This document shows, in pieces, positions 30,001 through 38,944 of a stretch of DNA of 64,000 bases. Every line of letters begins with the position of its first letter. Positions within the stretch are counted from its first letter, which is position 1. The stretch is from Candidatus Aminicenantes bacterium (GTDB lineage: Bacteria > Acidobacteriota > Aminicenantia > Aminicenantales > JAFGBC01), in assembly GCA_963702005.1 (NCBI GenBank), contig OY969696.1, forward strand, positions 1,152,001-1,216,000, written 5' to 3'. A model generated the notes under the pieces. The model saw only the letters and a list, made by a program, of their open reading frames with translations, did not search any database and was not told the DNA's origin. Made by a program: the position numbers and the translations under genes.

Positions 30001-30336
30001 GAGAATTTTGACGGACCCGCTCAAGGGCTTGCCCAGGTAGCGGTCGGGGATGACGATGACCTTCCTCAGCCAGCAGGAGTCCAGACTGTAGCGGGCGTGG
30101 AGCTTCATGACGGCCCAGGCCGAATCGTCGTAGTCGGTCCGGCTGAGGGCCGCGGCCCGCGAATCGTCCAGGCCGAGGGACGGGTTGTATCTCCAGTCGT
30201 CGTAGGAAAGCGAGGCCAAGGCATCCAGCTTGCCGGTGAGCTTGTCGACGCCGGTCTGGGCGGCAAGATAAAAGGGGAGAGATCCGATAACGAGCGCTAC
30301 GAAGGCGATAATTTTTGTGTTCGTTTTTTTCTTCAT
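27088..30336 (-). CDS. GH38 alpha-mannosidase, secreted
   Basis: NAHIDAAWLW, GGMWVEPD, WNPDSFG, GVGDHGGG, ELYLEYHQG, NQFHDILPGS. Confidence 0.93.
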   Translation of the reverse strand: MKKKTNTKIIAFVALVIGSLPFYLAAQTGVDKLTGKLDALASLSYDDWRYNPSLGLDDSRAAALSRTDYDDSAWAVMKLHARYSLDSCWLRKVIVIPDRYLGKPLSGSVKILVAVDDYGDLWVNGEKKGHIPWEASFELTPNAKPGDRFVVVIKAVNTGGPLRLLRAALEPEVSQDDRQSLLDLALSVRVGQKLLSFDTYQTSSNKRVDPGIDKSKMARAEKIKLDALLQKLAAEVDVAALEAGDLAAFKASVARVRAKLKPIAAFAKRFTLYFDANAHIDAAWLWRAKETVQVAHNTFDSVLRMMSVRPDFSYTQSQAALYDWMERLYPDIFKGIRERVKDGRWEIVGGMWVEPDCNLPSGESWMRHLLYGKRYFRSKLGTDVTIGWNPDSFGYNWNMPQLYGRAGIGAFITQKIGWNETNVFPYRLFWWEGPDGTRILTYFPFDYVDTVEDPLRFADWTRQFEANTGLTKMMILFGVGDHGGGPSLEMLARIDRLKSLDIYPAIEHGTAGRYLDWIKAQGTAGLPVWKDELYLEYHQGTYTTQAKNKAFNRSSEVLLTEAERFSTLATALGAEPRNAALAEAWKTVLFNQFHDILPGSGIREVYLDSAEEYRDAQAIGKHELGKALDAIAGQADTSSVKDGTPLLVFNPLSWERTDLVRAALPEGDGAHRICDLAGNEVPSQIVTAGRYARDILFIAGKVPSLGYKTYVLKNEAPSASGPALRAMQDVIENELFKVSIDPATGWIRSIIDKRNGREILSGPANRLQLLEDKPAQWDAWNVGLTGVEFPSTFRTAEVVEPGPVRIVLRLTRDYLKPGVKKDFPTEDFPSTFLTQDIILYPGLDRIDFRTDVDWWEERTMLKVAFPLAVASDAASFEIPFGSIRRSTGTATSWDKAKVEVPALRWADLSGPDYGASLINNSKYGYDVKGSTIRLSLLRSPIWPDPTADRGKHSIEYALYPHAGPWTQAATVERGYEFNYPLLTVRTNGRKGSLPPAQSFIQIEPANLVLTTIKKAEDSDAWILQWYDAKGVESEAVITLPRAPRRAAVSDIMEGDGRPIPVQGNTVRLRTGKNALAVIKVYF

Positions 30337-30534
30337 TGTCTGTTTCCTCGTCAGGGCGTTCTGTCTCTACTTGAATTATATATAATAATTCAGCCTAGAA
30401 ATAAATAATCGGCAGGAAAGAAATTTTGTTCCGGGAAGGGGGGGAAGATAATTTCCAATATAAGGTCTTTTCGTCCGACTAAAACTATGGCCTGTCGATT
30501 CAATCCGCCTCCGGGCGGAGGGAGAAAGACTGCG

Positions 30535-30666
30535 ATGAATGAGATCATGACCTATTTCCAAAATCTTCCCAATGGCGATCTCGCTCTCTGGGCCGTCATC
30601 CTCTTCCTCCTGATCGTGGAGCTGGTCATCCATAATAACGCGACCAGGAAACGCCCCCTTATTTAG
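30535..30666 (+). CDS. Putative small single-TM protein (43 aa), absent from the ORF track
   Basis: MNEIMTYFQNLPNGDLALWAVILFLLIVELVIHNNATRKRPLI; GGAGGGAG upstream. Confidence 0.5.
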   Translation: MNEIMTYFQNLPNGDLALWAVILFLLIVELVIHNNATRKRPLI

Positions 30667-30723
30667 GCCGGATCGCCCCTGCCCTAGCCCGCGCCCTGCC
30701 GACCGTTTTGGGAATCGGTCCGC

Positions 30724-32211
30724 TCAGAGCCCGCTCGACCGTCCGCAGTAATAATCGATCATCCGCTGGATGGCCCGCCTGCAAACCAGGCAGAACTCCT
30801 GCTTGGGACTCGAAATCATCAGGCAGTAGATCTGGGGCCTGTACAAGCCCTTGGCCGCGTAGCCGGCGCCCTCGAAAACCCCGACCTTGTCCTCCAACTG
30901 GGAGTATTGTTTCCGTATATCCGCGACCTTTTTCATGATCTCCTGGTCCAGCTTGCGATACTTCTCGTCGATCTTCTTGACCTGGGAGCCGGAAAGCTTA
31001 TTCTGTTTCGCCCGCTCGGCTTCGTCCTTCTGGGCCTCGCGGTTCTTGGTCCTCTCGGCGAATAGGGCTTCGATCTTGTCTTTCCCGTACTCGGTCGGGA
31101 TCGGAATCCCGGGCGAGAGGAGGTCCTTCCACTTCACGTTGGCGGGGTCGAGCAGGGCCGTTATGTTGGGCTCGAGCGGCTCGACGCCCTTGGGGTAGAA
31201 GTCGTTGTAGCTGACTTCGGAGGCGTAATACTCATCGGCCAGCCCGGCGAAGGAGTGGCCGAATTCGTGGATGAAGACGCCCCGGCTGGCCGGGCTGTCG
31301 ACGGTCGTGACGGCGTAGTCGTTGTAGATGCCGCCGCCGCCGTAGCGGGGGCTGTTGACGAGGACGACGATCGTGTCGTAGGGGACCTGGCCGGCCATGG
31401 CCCTCAGCCGGTGGCCCTGCTCGATGAGCATATAGCGGTCGAGGTCGAAGGCGTTGAAGGAGGCGTCGAGCCCGGTCCGCTTGAAAGCGCCCTGGCGCGG
31501 CTCGTCCATGCCCCGCTCCGGCGAAGGCCGGAAGACGCCGGTCACGTTGAACGAGGTCTTGGCGCTCTTGTAGGGCTCGAACTCGAAGAGATGGCCCGTG
31601 AAGCGGTCGACGTCAGCCTTGAACTTGTCCTTGTCCTCGAGCGTGTAGCCCTCGGCCAGGAAGACGAGGTCGGCCTTGTCGTGGGGATCGCCGTTCTTGA
31701 GAGCTTCGTAGATGAAATCTCCGGTCGCGGCCGTTTCTTTGACGATGTGGTAGTCGGAGGGATCGATCGTCGTCGTGAAGATGGGATGGGGGATGTTCGT
31801 CCGGTCGCGCGACTCGATCACGAGGAGGACCGGCCGCTTGGGGCAGGGGATGCGGACCGAGCGGGGATAGACGCGCTTGACGCCGTTGAGGGCGGGGGTC
31901 GTCGTCTTATACTCGCCGTACATCGTGTCGAAGCCGCGCTTGTAGATGAGGCGGTTCGAGGCGATCTCGTAAACTTTGACGATAGAGCGTCCGAGCTCGA
32001 AGGGCTCGATGAGGCCGGCCCGGTTTTCGGGCCAGATGGATTCAAGATGGAGGCTGTTGAGCGTGACCGCCTCGTCTTTGGCGTCGCCGACAAGGTAGAG
32101 GTCGATACGAAGGGTCTTGTCGAGGAAGTGCTCGTCGAAAGCGACGGGCGTCTGGGCGGCCAGGGCGCTGACGACCCAGGCGGCCAGAAGGAGTTTTATG
32201 GCGGTTTTCAT
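30724..32211 (-). CDS. M64 family (IgA peptidase-like) metallopeptidase, secreted
   Basis: LAEGYT, YGGGGIYN, HEFGHSFAGLADEY, FEGAGY..YRP..CLM..FC.VC. Confidence 0.92.
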   Translation of the reverse strand: MKTAIKLLLAAWVVSALAAQTPVAFDEHFLDKTLRIDLYLVGDAKDEAVTLNSLHLESIWPENRAGLIEPFELGRSIVKVYEIASNRLIYKRGFDTMYGEYKTTTPALNGVKRVYPRSVRIPCPKRPVLLVIESRDRTNIPHPIFTTTIDPSDYHIVKETAATGDFIYEALKNGDPHDKADLVFLAEGYTLEDKDKFKADVDRFTGHLFEFEPYKSAKTSFNVTGVFRPSPERGMDEPRQGAFKRTGLDASFNAFDLDRYMLIEQGHRLRAMAGQVPYDTIVVLVNSPRYGGGGIYNDYAVTTVDSPASRGVFIHEFGHSFAGLADEYYASEVSYNDFYPKGVEPLEPNITALLDPANVKWKDLLSPGIPIPTEYGKDKIEALFAERTKNREAQKDEAERAKQNKLSGSQVKKIDEKYRKLDQEIMKKVADIRKQYSQLEDKVGVFEGAGYAAKGLYRPQIYCLMISSPKQEFCLVCRRAIQRMIDYYCGRSSGL

Positions 32212-32338
32212 GGCAGCCTCCCGTAATGACGTTTCTTCAGGGATATTGAATGTACCAAGCCCGGGAACAGCCTGTCAACCGGGGCTTTTGGCGATCGCCG
32301 CAGCCGGACTTCCCCGCTCCCGATCTTCTCCCCAGACG

Positions 32339-33082
32339 CTACTTCCGGAGCGAGGCCTTGGAGAAGAGGGCGTCGGAAATGGGGGCGTCGAACTCAATCG
32401 ACAGAATTCTCAATTCGGTTCCTTGGCCTTCCTTCAGCACATCTCGGAAAAGGATTTCCTTCGGTAGCCAGCGGTTCTGGACGAACTCGACGCTGCGCAC
32501 CTCGAGCGTCTTGAGGAGCCGCCCGCTCTTGGCGTAGCGCTCCTCCTTGAGGACGATGTACCGGTCTTTATCCACCCAGGTCTTCCGGCTCGGATAAGCG
32601 ACGTCCCCTGACCTGGACATCAGCTCCAGGACCCAGCAGGGCCGGTCCCCGAACGTCTCTTCCCCGGCCAGGCGGGCGGCGTAAGCTTCGCGGAGCTTGC
32701 GATCGGCCATCATATCCTCGTAGGACAGGTCCGAGCCCATCACGGATTGACGCAGCATATGACCTGAGATGGCGATCGCCCTGTCGGTATCGGGCGAGTA
32801 GGTCCAGAGCCGGTCGCCCAACTTGAGCATCTTGATTCCCCGCTCGCGCGGCGGGTCAAGATATTCGGTGAAGGCCTTGTCTTCGCCCTCGATCCAGGAT
32901 TTGGCTTTGACCGTCCGGCTTTCGCGCCGGCCGTGGATGGTCATCTCGCCGACCAGGATCTTGCTGCCCGGCACCGCGTTGCGGTCGACCCGGTCGAGGA
33001 TCGCGTCCGCGGAAGGGACCTGAGCCGAGGCCGCCGCGGCGAGGGTGGCCATGGCTCCGATGAGCAGGGCGAATCTGTTCAT
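32339..33082 (-). CDS. Outer-membrane lipoprotein-sorting (LolA-like) protein
   Basis: Start MNRFALL (ATGA overlap); signal peptide; GIKMLK..LWTYSP..MGSDLSYED. Confidence 0.82.
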   Translation of the reverse strand: MNRFALLIGAMATLAAAASAQVPSADAILDRVDRNAVPGSKILVGEMTIHGRRESRTVKAKSWIEGEDKAFTEYLDPPRERGIKMLKLGDRLWTYSPDTDRAIAISGHMLRQSVMGSDLSYEDMMADRKLREAYAARLAGEETFGDRPCWVLELMSRSGDVAYPSRKTWVDKDRYIVLKEERYAKSGRLLKTLEVRSVEFVQNRWLPKEILFRDVLKEGQGTELRILSIEFDAPISDALFSKASLRK

Positions 33083-34353
33083 GATTCCAGCTCCTTGAAC
33101 AGGCTGGCCGTCTGGCGTTTGTAGATCGTCCGTCCGGCGATGGCCGTTCCGATCAGACTGGCCAGAAGACCGGGAACGAAGCCGATGACGAAGCTCAGTG
33201 GAGTGATCTTGGAACGTAACACGGTATCCATCAGGATGGTGATATTCTTCATGATGGAGCTGACATCGATCCCGTGGACCTGAAGGTACCAGCTCAAGCT
33301 CAGCCCGAGGACGGTGCCGGCCGTCGAGCCCAGGACGCCGATGAGGAGCGACTCGGCGAGCATGGTCCGATAGACGTGCCCCTTGGCCTCGCCGATGGCC
33401 AGCCGGAGGCCGAATTCCCCGTAGCGTCGGAGCGTCCCGACCAGCCCGGCGTTCCACATGACGAGCGACATGGCGAGGATGAAGATGAAGACGATGGCCG
33501 AGGTGGCATATCGCATCCAGCCGATCATGAGATCCATGCCCGGTTGTTCGGCCAAGGTCTGCATGACGGGGAGGAATTCGCCCCGGCGGCCGGCATATCG
33601 GCCATTGAACGGTCGAACCGCGGCGCCGGCCCGGTCTGGATGGTAGATCCCGTCCTTGAACAGGCCGAGGACTTCGCCGGCGGCGTCGTCCATGTCCAAA
33701 GCCCTGCGGAGGTCGGCCAGGTCGGCGATGAGGCCGGTCCGGTCCATGGCCCGTATGCCGAACCGGATCATCCCGGCGACCGTGAAGTTGGCCATGGCCA
33801 GGCTGCCGGCCATCGTCGTCGTGATCAGCGTGGCTTTGCCGCCTATGTCCAGTCCCAGCTTGCGGGCCAGCTCGTCGCTCATCAACAATTCGCCCGGAGC
33901 TCGGGGCATCCGGCCCCGGACCAGGAGCTTGGCCAAGCCGAGCAGCCCGGGCTCCGGGCTGCCGGGTGTCCGAAGGTCGACGGCCAGGCCCGAGACCGGC
34001 GCCTGAATCCGCGTCTCGCCCTCGTCGTCGGGAACGTCGAGCAGGCCGCCGAAGGGGATGCGGGCGACCCAGTCGAGGTCGGGATAAGCGGTCCGGAGCT
34101 CTTCCATCAGGGCCGCAACTCCGGTCAGGGCCAGCTCGTTGGGGACCTGGGCGATGTCCTGGGCATAGGCCCGGGTCATAACCTTGACGTGGCCGTGCCG
34201 CAGATTGGCGTTGCTGCGGATCATATTGTTCATCATCCCCTGGACATAACCGTAAAAGGCGACGGTCAGGAAGACTCCGGCCGTGACGACGAGGAGGGGA
34301 AATAGACTCCGGCCGCGGTCGCGAAGAACGCCCTTCAAGAGAAACCGGATCAT
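33079..34353 (-). CDS. FtsX/LolE-type ABC permease
   Basis: Start MIRFLLK (ATGA overlap); GHVK, RRYGEFGLRLAIG, 1+3 TM layout. Confidence 0.88.
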   Translation of the reverse strand: MIRFLLKGVLRDRGRSLFPLLVVTAGVFLTVAFYGYVQGMMNNMIRSNANLRHGHVKVMTRAYAQDIAQVPNELALTGVAALMEELRTAYPDLDWVARIPFGGLLDVPDDEGETRIQAPVSGLAVDLRTPGSPEPGLLGLAKLLVRGRMPRAPGELLMSDELARKLGLDIGGKATLITTTMAGSLAMANFTVAGMIRFGIRAMDRTGLIADLADLRRALDMDDAAGEVLGLFKDGIYHPDRAGAAVRPFNGRYAGRRGEFLPVMQTLAEQPGMDLMIGWMRYATSAIVFIFILAMSLVMWNAGLVGTLRRYGEFGLRLAIGEAKGHVYRTMLAESLLIGVLGSTAGTVLGLSLSWYLQVHGIDVSSIMKNITILMDTVLRSKITPLSFVIGFVPGLLASLIGTAIAGRTIYKRQTASLFKELES

Positions 34354-35525
34354 GTCATCCTCCCTTGAAGAGCGTCGGTCGGCTTGAGCTTGGCGATTTT
34401 CCTCGCCGGCAGGTAGCTGATAATCGTGGTGATCAGGAAGACGAGAACGGTCGTCCCCAGCACCAGCGCCGCGCTGTAGGCGGGATACATCTTGTCGCTC
34501 ATGGCGATGCCGAAGCTGTCCCCTTGGTTTGCGCCAAAGGACAAGCCGTGGACGGCGAAGTAAGCCAACACGGGGATTCCCCACAGGGCGCCGACGATGG
34601 CGGCGAAGACGCCGTTGAGGGCTCCCTCGAAGGTGAACAGCCCTATCACCCGGCCGCGGGTGACTCCGAGCGCCATCATCGTCCCGATTTCCTTGCGCCG
34701 CCTCCAGATCGAAAGGAGTTGCGTATTCAGGATGGCCAGCGCGGCCAGGAAGAGGAGGATCGCGTAGAGCACGGAGGCGCCGACCGTCTTGCCCTTGACG
34801 ATGTCTTTGATGTCCTTGAGCAGGACGTCGAGGCTCTGAAACGACCAGCCCGGGACGGCGGCGGTCGGGGCCGAATCCTTGGCGGTGACTACGATCGTGG
34901 CCTCCCCCGGCATGGCCGCCATATCCCGCAGGGTCGCGATCGGCAGCCAGACTTGGCCTTCGTCGATGGATTGGGCGATCGTCTTCATGACCTCGACGAT
35001 CTGGATGTCCCGGGCGTCGAAGGCGCCCCCGGCGTCGCGCCAGCGGACGGTCACCGTGTCGCCCGCGGCCAGCCCTCCGGTTTGAGCCATGCGGCTTCCG
35101 ACGAGCGCCGGAATGTCGTCGCCGGACGTCCGCAGGGTTCCCGTGGGAATGGACAGAAGGGATTGGCCGGGCTCGATCCCTTTGAGCAGGACGGGAAGGA
35201 TCCGCCCGCGGGGGTAGATCGTCCCCTGAACGATCAGGATCGGCGTCGCCTTGCCGGCGTCGATCTGGATCTGGAGAGGAGCGGCCGGGACGGCGTGGGC
35301 GTCCTGGATGGTGAACGGGTCGTAGGGATCATAGCCCTCCACCCAGTATTGCCCCCCGCCGTACTCGGCGTCGATCATGGTTCTTGACACTTCGGCGTCG
35401 AAGCCGTTGTAGAGGCCCTGGGCCCAGATGATGGCGACATAGGCCATGGACAGCACGGCCGCGTTCAGCCAGGTCTTGGCTCCGGCGCCCAGCATGTTGC
35501 GGATGGCCAGCTTGGGGATGATCAT
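34350..35525 (-). CDS. FtsX/LolE-type ABC permease
   Basis: KLAIRN, RRKEIGTMMALG, SYLPARK..P.DAL. Confidence 0.9.
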   Translation of the reverse strand: MIIPKLAIRNMLGAGAKTWLNAAVLSMAYVAIIWAQGLYNGFDAEVSRTMIDAEYGGGQYWVEGYDPYDPFTIQDAHAVPAAPLQIQIDAGKATPILIVQGTIYPRGRILPVLLKGIEPGQSLLSIPTGTLRTSGDDIPALVGSRMAQTGGLAAGDTVTVRWRDAGGAFDARDIQIVEVMKTIAQSIDEGQVWLPIATLRDMAAMPGEATIVVTAKDSAPTAAVPGWSFQSLDVLLKDIKDIVKGKTVGASVLYAILLFLAALAILNTQLLSIWRRRKEIGTMMALGVTRGRVIGLFTFEGALNGVFAAIVGALWGIPVLAYFAVHGLSFGANQGDSFGIAMSDKMYPAYSAALVLGTTVLVFLITTIISYLPARKIAKLKPTDALQGRMT

Positions 35526-35534
35526 GGTCCCCTC

Positions 35535-36242
35535 CTAGCGGCCGGCGCCGGATTCGTCCTTGGCGACCCGGCCGTCGACGAGCGTGATCTTGCGCCTCAA
35601 GTGTCCGATGACTTTGTCGTCGTGGGTGGAGAAGAGGAATGTCGTCCGCAGCTCGCGGTTGATGTTCTCCATGGTGCGGAGAATGTGGTGGGAGTTCTCG
35701 GCGTCCAGGTTGGCCGTCGGCTCGTCGGCCAGGACGAGCTCGGGCTTTTTGACAACGGCCCGGGCGATGGCCACGCGTTGGCTCTGGCCGCCCGATAGCT
35801 GGTTGGGACGAGACTTAGCACGGTCGGCCAGGTGGACCCACTCCAGCGCGTCCATGACCGCCTTACGCCGGGCCGCCGCCGCAATCCCCAACAGGAGAAG
35901 GGGGAACTCGACGTTTTCAAAGACGGTGTAGACGGGAAGGAGGTTGAATGTTTGGAAGATGAATCCGATATGGCGGTTCCGCAGCTCGGCCGCCTTCTTG
36001 TGGGGAAGGGCCTCCACCCTCAGTCCGAGGACTTCGGCGCTTCCCCGGGTCGGCGCGTCGAGCGAGCCGAGGATGTTGAGGAGGGTGGTCTTCCCCGACC
36101 CGCTCGGTCCGACCAGCCCGGCAAACTCGCCCCGTCCGAAGGTCAGGTTCACGTCTTGGAGGGCGGTGATGGATTGCTCGCCCATGGGATAGATCTTGAC
36201 CAGGTCCGTCGTTCGGATGATCGTTCCGTTGTCCATGGTCAC
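35535..36242 (-). CDS. LolD/MacB-type ABC ATP-binding protein
   Basis: [38 protein letters not shown]. Confidence 0.95.
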   Translation of the reverse strand: MTMDNGTIIRTTDLVKIYPMGEQSITALQDVNLTFGRGEFAGLVGPSGSGKTTLLNILGSLDAPTRGSAEVLGLRVEALPHKKAAELRNRHIGFIFQTFNLLPVYTVFENVEFPLLLLGIAAAARRKAVMDALEWVHLADRAKSRPNQLSGGQSQRVAIARAVVKKPELVLADEPTANLDAENSHHILRTMENINRELRTTFLFSTHDDKVIGHLRRKITLVDGRVAKDESGAGR

Positions 36243-36248
36243 CTCGCG

Positions 36249-37400
36249 TCAGTGATCGTAAACCAGCGTGATCTGGATCCCCTTGCCGGCGAAGAGGTTC
36301 GTTTCCGCACGGTTGGCGTAGATCGCGTACCGATCCGCGTTCCAGAACCCTATAAGGAAGAAGGTCCAGGAGTCCGTGGTCCGCTGCCAGGTCAGGAAAC
36401 GGTACCAGTCTCCCGAGGTCCAGTCGTGGAAGACGATGGCGTGGAGGCGGTCGAGGAGCCCCAACGGAAAGTCCGCGCTCAGGGCGGTCAGGCTCCGCCT
36501 CGTCCCGGGCCCCAAGGCCTCCCGGGAGACGTCGAAGAGGAGATGTTCGGCCATGAGGTGAAGCCCGCTCCCGAGTCCGACGGTGCCGTCGAGCCCGAAG
36601 CTGAGCATCCGCTGGTATTTCCAGGGATAGACGCGCCACCCCTGGCGGACGAGGGCAGCCTCGAACCACACCCCGGGTCCGATGTCCCATTTCCCGTCGA
36701 GGCCGAGCCGGTCCTCGGAGGCGTTTTCGCTCTCGCCGGGCGGAAGAGGGACCAGGCTTTGGGAAGTGCTGAGGCGGCGGTGGTGGTAAGTCAAGGCCGC
36801 TTCTCCAGAGAGGACGGGCGTTTGGATCCGGCCGCCGAACTCGGGCGCTTTAGGACGCGTCGGGATGGTCTCCCAGCCCTTGACGTCGTCGTTTCCGTAT
36901 AGGCCCCACAGCCAGATGTTGGTGTTGTCGGCGAAAGTGTACTTGAGGAGAAGGCCGCCGACTCCGTCCGTGAGCTGCAGCGGATCGTTGGGGTCGAGGC
37001 GGTCGAACCACATCAACGGCCTGAGGAGCAGGGCCGAACCGAAGTTGATCTTCTGCAGTCCCAAACGGGCCTCGAACCGGGCGGTCGAGAAGCGAATCCA
37101 GGCTCGGTAGGGCTTCACCGCGCCGCTCGTCACGGCCGCGGGCAAGGACGATCCCTGGGCGGTTAGATAGACGTTGGCCGAAATCTCGGCGTCGAGGGTA
37201 AGTCCTCCGCCCAGATCTTTTTTCAGAGAGAAGGAGGGGATGTAACGCAGGCCGAGAGCCGTCTCGGCGGCCGGGCGGTCATGGAAACCCAGCCAGAAGG
37301 AAAGCCGGCCCCGAATGTCGAGGTCGGCCGGATAGGCAATCCCGGCCAATATAGCGAAGAGCCCGATGAAGAGGATCGGGACTCGGCGAGCGTTAGCCAC
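36249..37400 (-). CDS. Putative outer-membrane beta-barrel protein
   Basis: Signal peptide; alternating aromatic/amphipathic strands; GLQKINFG..D.LQ.TDGV; first gene of the ABC/LolA-like operon. Confidence 0.65.
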   Translation of the reverse strand: MANARRVPILFIGLFAILAGIAYPADLDIRGRLSFWLGFHDRPAAETALGLRYIPSFSLKKDLGGGLTLDAEISANVYLTAQGSSLPAAVTSGAVKPYRAWIRFSTARFEARLGLQKINFGSALLLRPLMWFDRLDPNDPLQLTDGVGGLLLKYTFADNTNIWLWGLYGNDDVKGWETIPTRPKAPEFGGRIQTPVLSGEAALTYHHRRLSTSQSLVPLPPGESENASEDRLGLDGKWDIGPGVWFEAALVRQGWRVYPWKYQRMLSFGLDGTVGLGSGLHLMAEHLLFDVSREALGPGTRRSLTALSADFPLGLLDRLHAIVFHDWTSGDWYRFLTWQRTTDSWTFFLIGFWNADRYAIYANRAETNLFAGKGIQITLVYDH

Positions 37401-37561
37401 GGCCGTTCACTCTATCCTTCTCGTCCGTCCAGGGACGTAGAATACGATGATATAATATCAAAAAAGGAATTGCACAATGATTTTTCGGATCGCGGGAGCG
37501 CGTCCGCGGCCTCGTAAATGACGCCTACTTTTCTCTTCGGGATCACGGCTTCGAGGGCGCG

Positions 37562-38833
37562 TCAACGCCACTCGACGGGTTTGAGACGCGGCGCCAGAAT
37601 CTGGATGATCCCAAGGGCGATGAGATAGGCCGTTGCGGCGATCGCGAACAGCGGCCAGTAACTCCCCGTCCGCTCCAGGATGAACCCGGCCGAGGTCGAG
37701 AAGAGCATCCCGCCCGCCGCGCCGGCCGTCCCGCCCAAACCCGTGACGGAGCCCACGGCCTGCTTGGGGAACATGTCCGAGGCGAAGGTGAAGATGTTGG
37801 CCGACCAGGCTTGATGGGAGGCCGTGGCCAGCCCGAGGAGCAGGACCGCGCCCCAGAGATGCGAGGCCCGCGAGGCGGTCAGGATGGGGAGGACGGCCAG
37901 GGCGCAGACGAGCATGACGAGCTTCCGGCTCCGGTTGACCGTCCAGCCGCGCCGGATGAAGGCCGAAGAGAGCCAGCCGCCCCCGACGCTTCCGACGTCG
38001 GTGATAAGATAGATGACGATCAGGGGAAGGCCGAGACCGGCCAGGGACAGCCCGAACTTCGCGTTTAGGAACTTGGGAAGCCAATAGAGGTAGAACCACC
38101 AGATGGGGTCGGTCAGGAACTTGCCGATGACGATGGCCCAGGTCTGGCGGTGGCGCAGGAGGCGGGCCCAGGGGATTTTTTCGGGCGCCGCGTCGGGCGG
38201 ATCGCTCTGGATATAGGCTCGCTCGGCCGGGCCGAGGCTCTTTTTTTTCTCGGGCACTTGGTATGAGGCCAGCCAGAACAGGACCCAGACAAAGCCGATG
38301 GCGCCGGTCAGAAGGAACGCGGCGGGCCAGCCGAAGCGGACCGTGATCCAGGGGACGACGGCGGGCGCGACGACCGCCCCGATGTTGGAACCGGCGTTAA
38401 AGATCCCGGTGGCCAGGGCCCGCTCCCGGCGCGGAAACCATTCGGCCACGGCCTTGATCGCCGAGGGAAAATTCCCCGACTCGCCCAGCCCCAGGGCGAA
38501 ACGGGCTAGGCCGAATCCGAGGACGCTGCCGGCCGCGGCATGGGCCATAGCCGCGACGCTCCACAGGACGACGGCCGCCGCGTAGCCGATCCGCGTCCCG
38601 TAGCGGTCGATGAGACGGCCGAACAGGGCCAAGCCCAGCGCATAAGCCGCCTGGAAGGCGGTGACGATGGCGCCGTATTCGACTTCGTTCCAGCCGATGA
38701 CCTTCTGGAGGTGGGGCGCCAGGATGCCCAGCGCCTGGCGGTCGATGTAGTTGATGGTGGTCCCGGCGAACAGGAGGCCGCACACCGTCCAGCGGACGCG
38801 CCCGGTTCGCTCGCCCGCCGGCTTCTGCTTCAT
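37562..38833 (-). CDS. exuT: MFS hexuronate transporter (ExuT-like)
   Basis: INYIDRQ, GESGNFP, EWFP..ERALATGIFNAGSNIG, TDPIWWFYLYWLP, HQAWSAN. Confidence 0.85.
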   Translation of the reverse strand: MKQKPAGERTGRVRWTVCGLLFAGTTINYIDRQALGILAPHLQKVIGWNEVEYGAIVTAFQAAYALGLALFGRLIDRYGTRIGYAAAVVLWSVAAMAHAAAGSVLGFGLARFALGLGESGNFPSAIKAVAEWFPRRERALATGIFNAGSNIGAVVAPAVVPWITVRFGWPAAFLLTGAIGFVWVLFWLASYQVPEKKKSLGPAERAYIQSDPPDAAPEKIPWARLLRHRQTWAIVIGKFLTDPIWWFYLYWLPKFLNAKFGLSLAGLGLPLIVIYLITDVGSVGGGWLSSAFIRRGWTVNRSRKLVMLVCALAVLPILTASRASHLWGAVLLLGLATASHQAWSANIFTFASDMFPKQAVGSVTGLGGTAGAAGGMLFSTSAGFILERTGSYWPLFAIAATAYLIALGIIQILAPRLKPVEWR

Positions 38834-38877
38834 GGCTTCCGATTATGTATCACACCGGATGCGCGAACACAAGGGAA

Positions 38878-38934
38878 GGAATTCGGGGGACATGTACTGA
38901 ACTTCTTAGTTCGGTAACGTGTCCCCCGAATTCC
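38878..38934. repeat. REP-like imperfect inverted pair (same GGGGACA family)
   Basis: GGAATTCGGGGGACATGTACTGAACT ... AGTTCGGTAACGTGTCCCCCGAATTCC. Confidence 0.75.
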
Positions 38935-38944
38935 GTTTTCGAAT

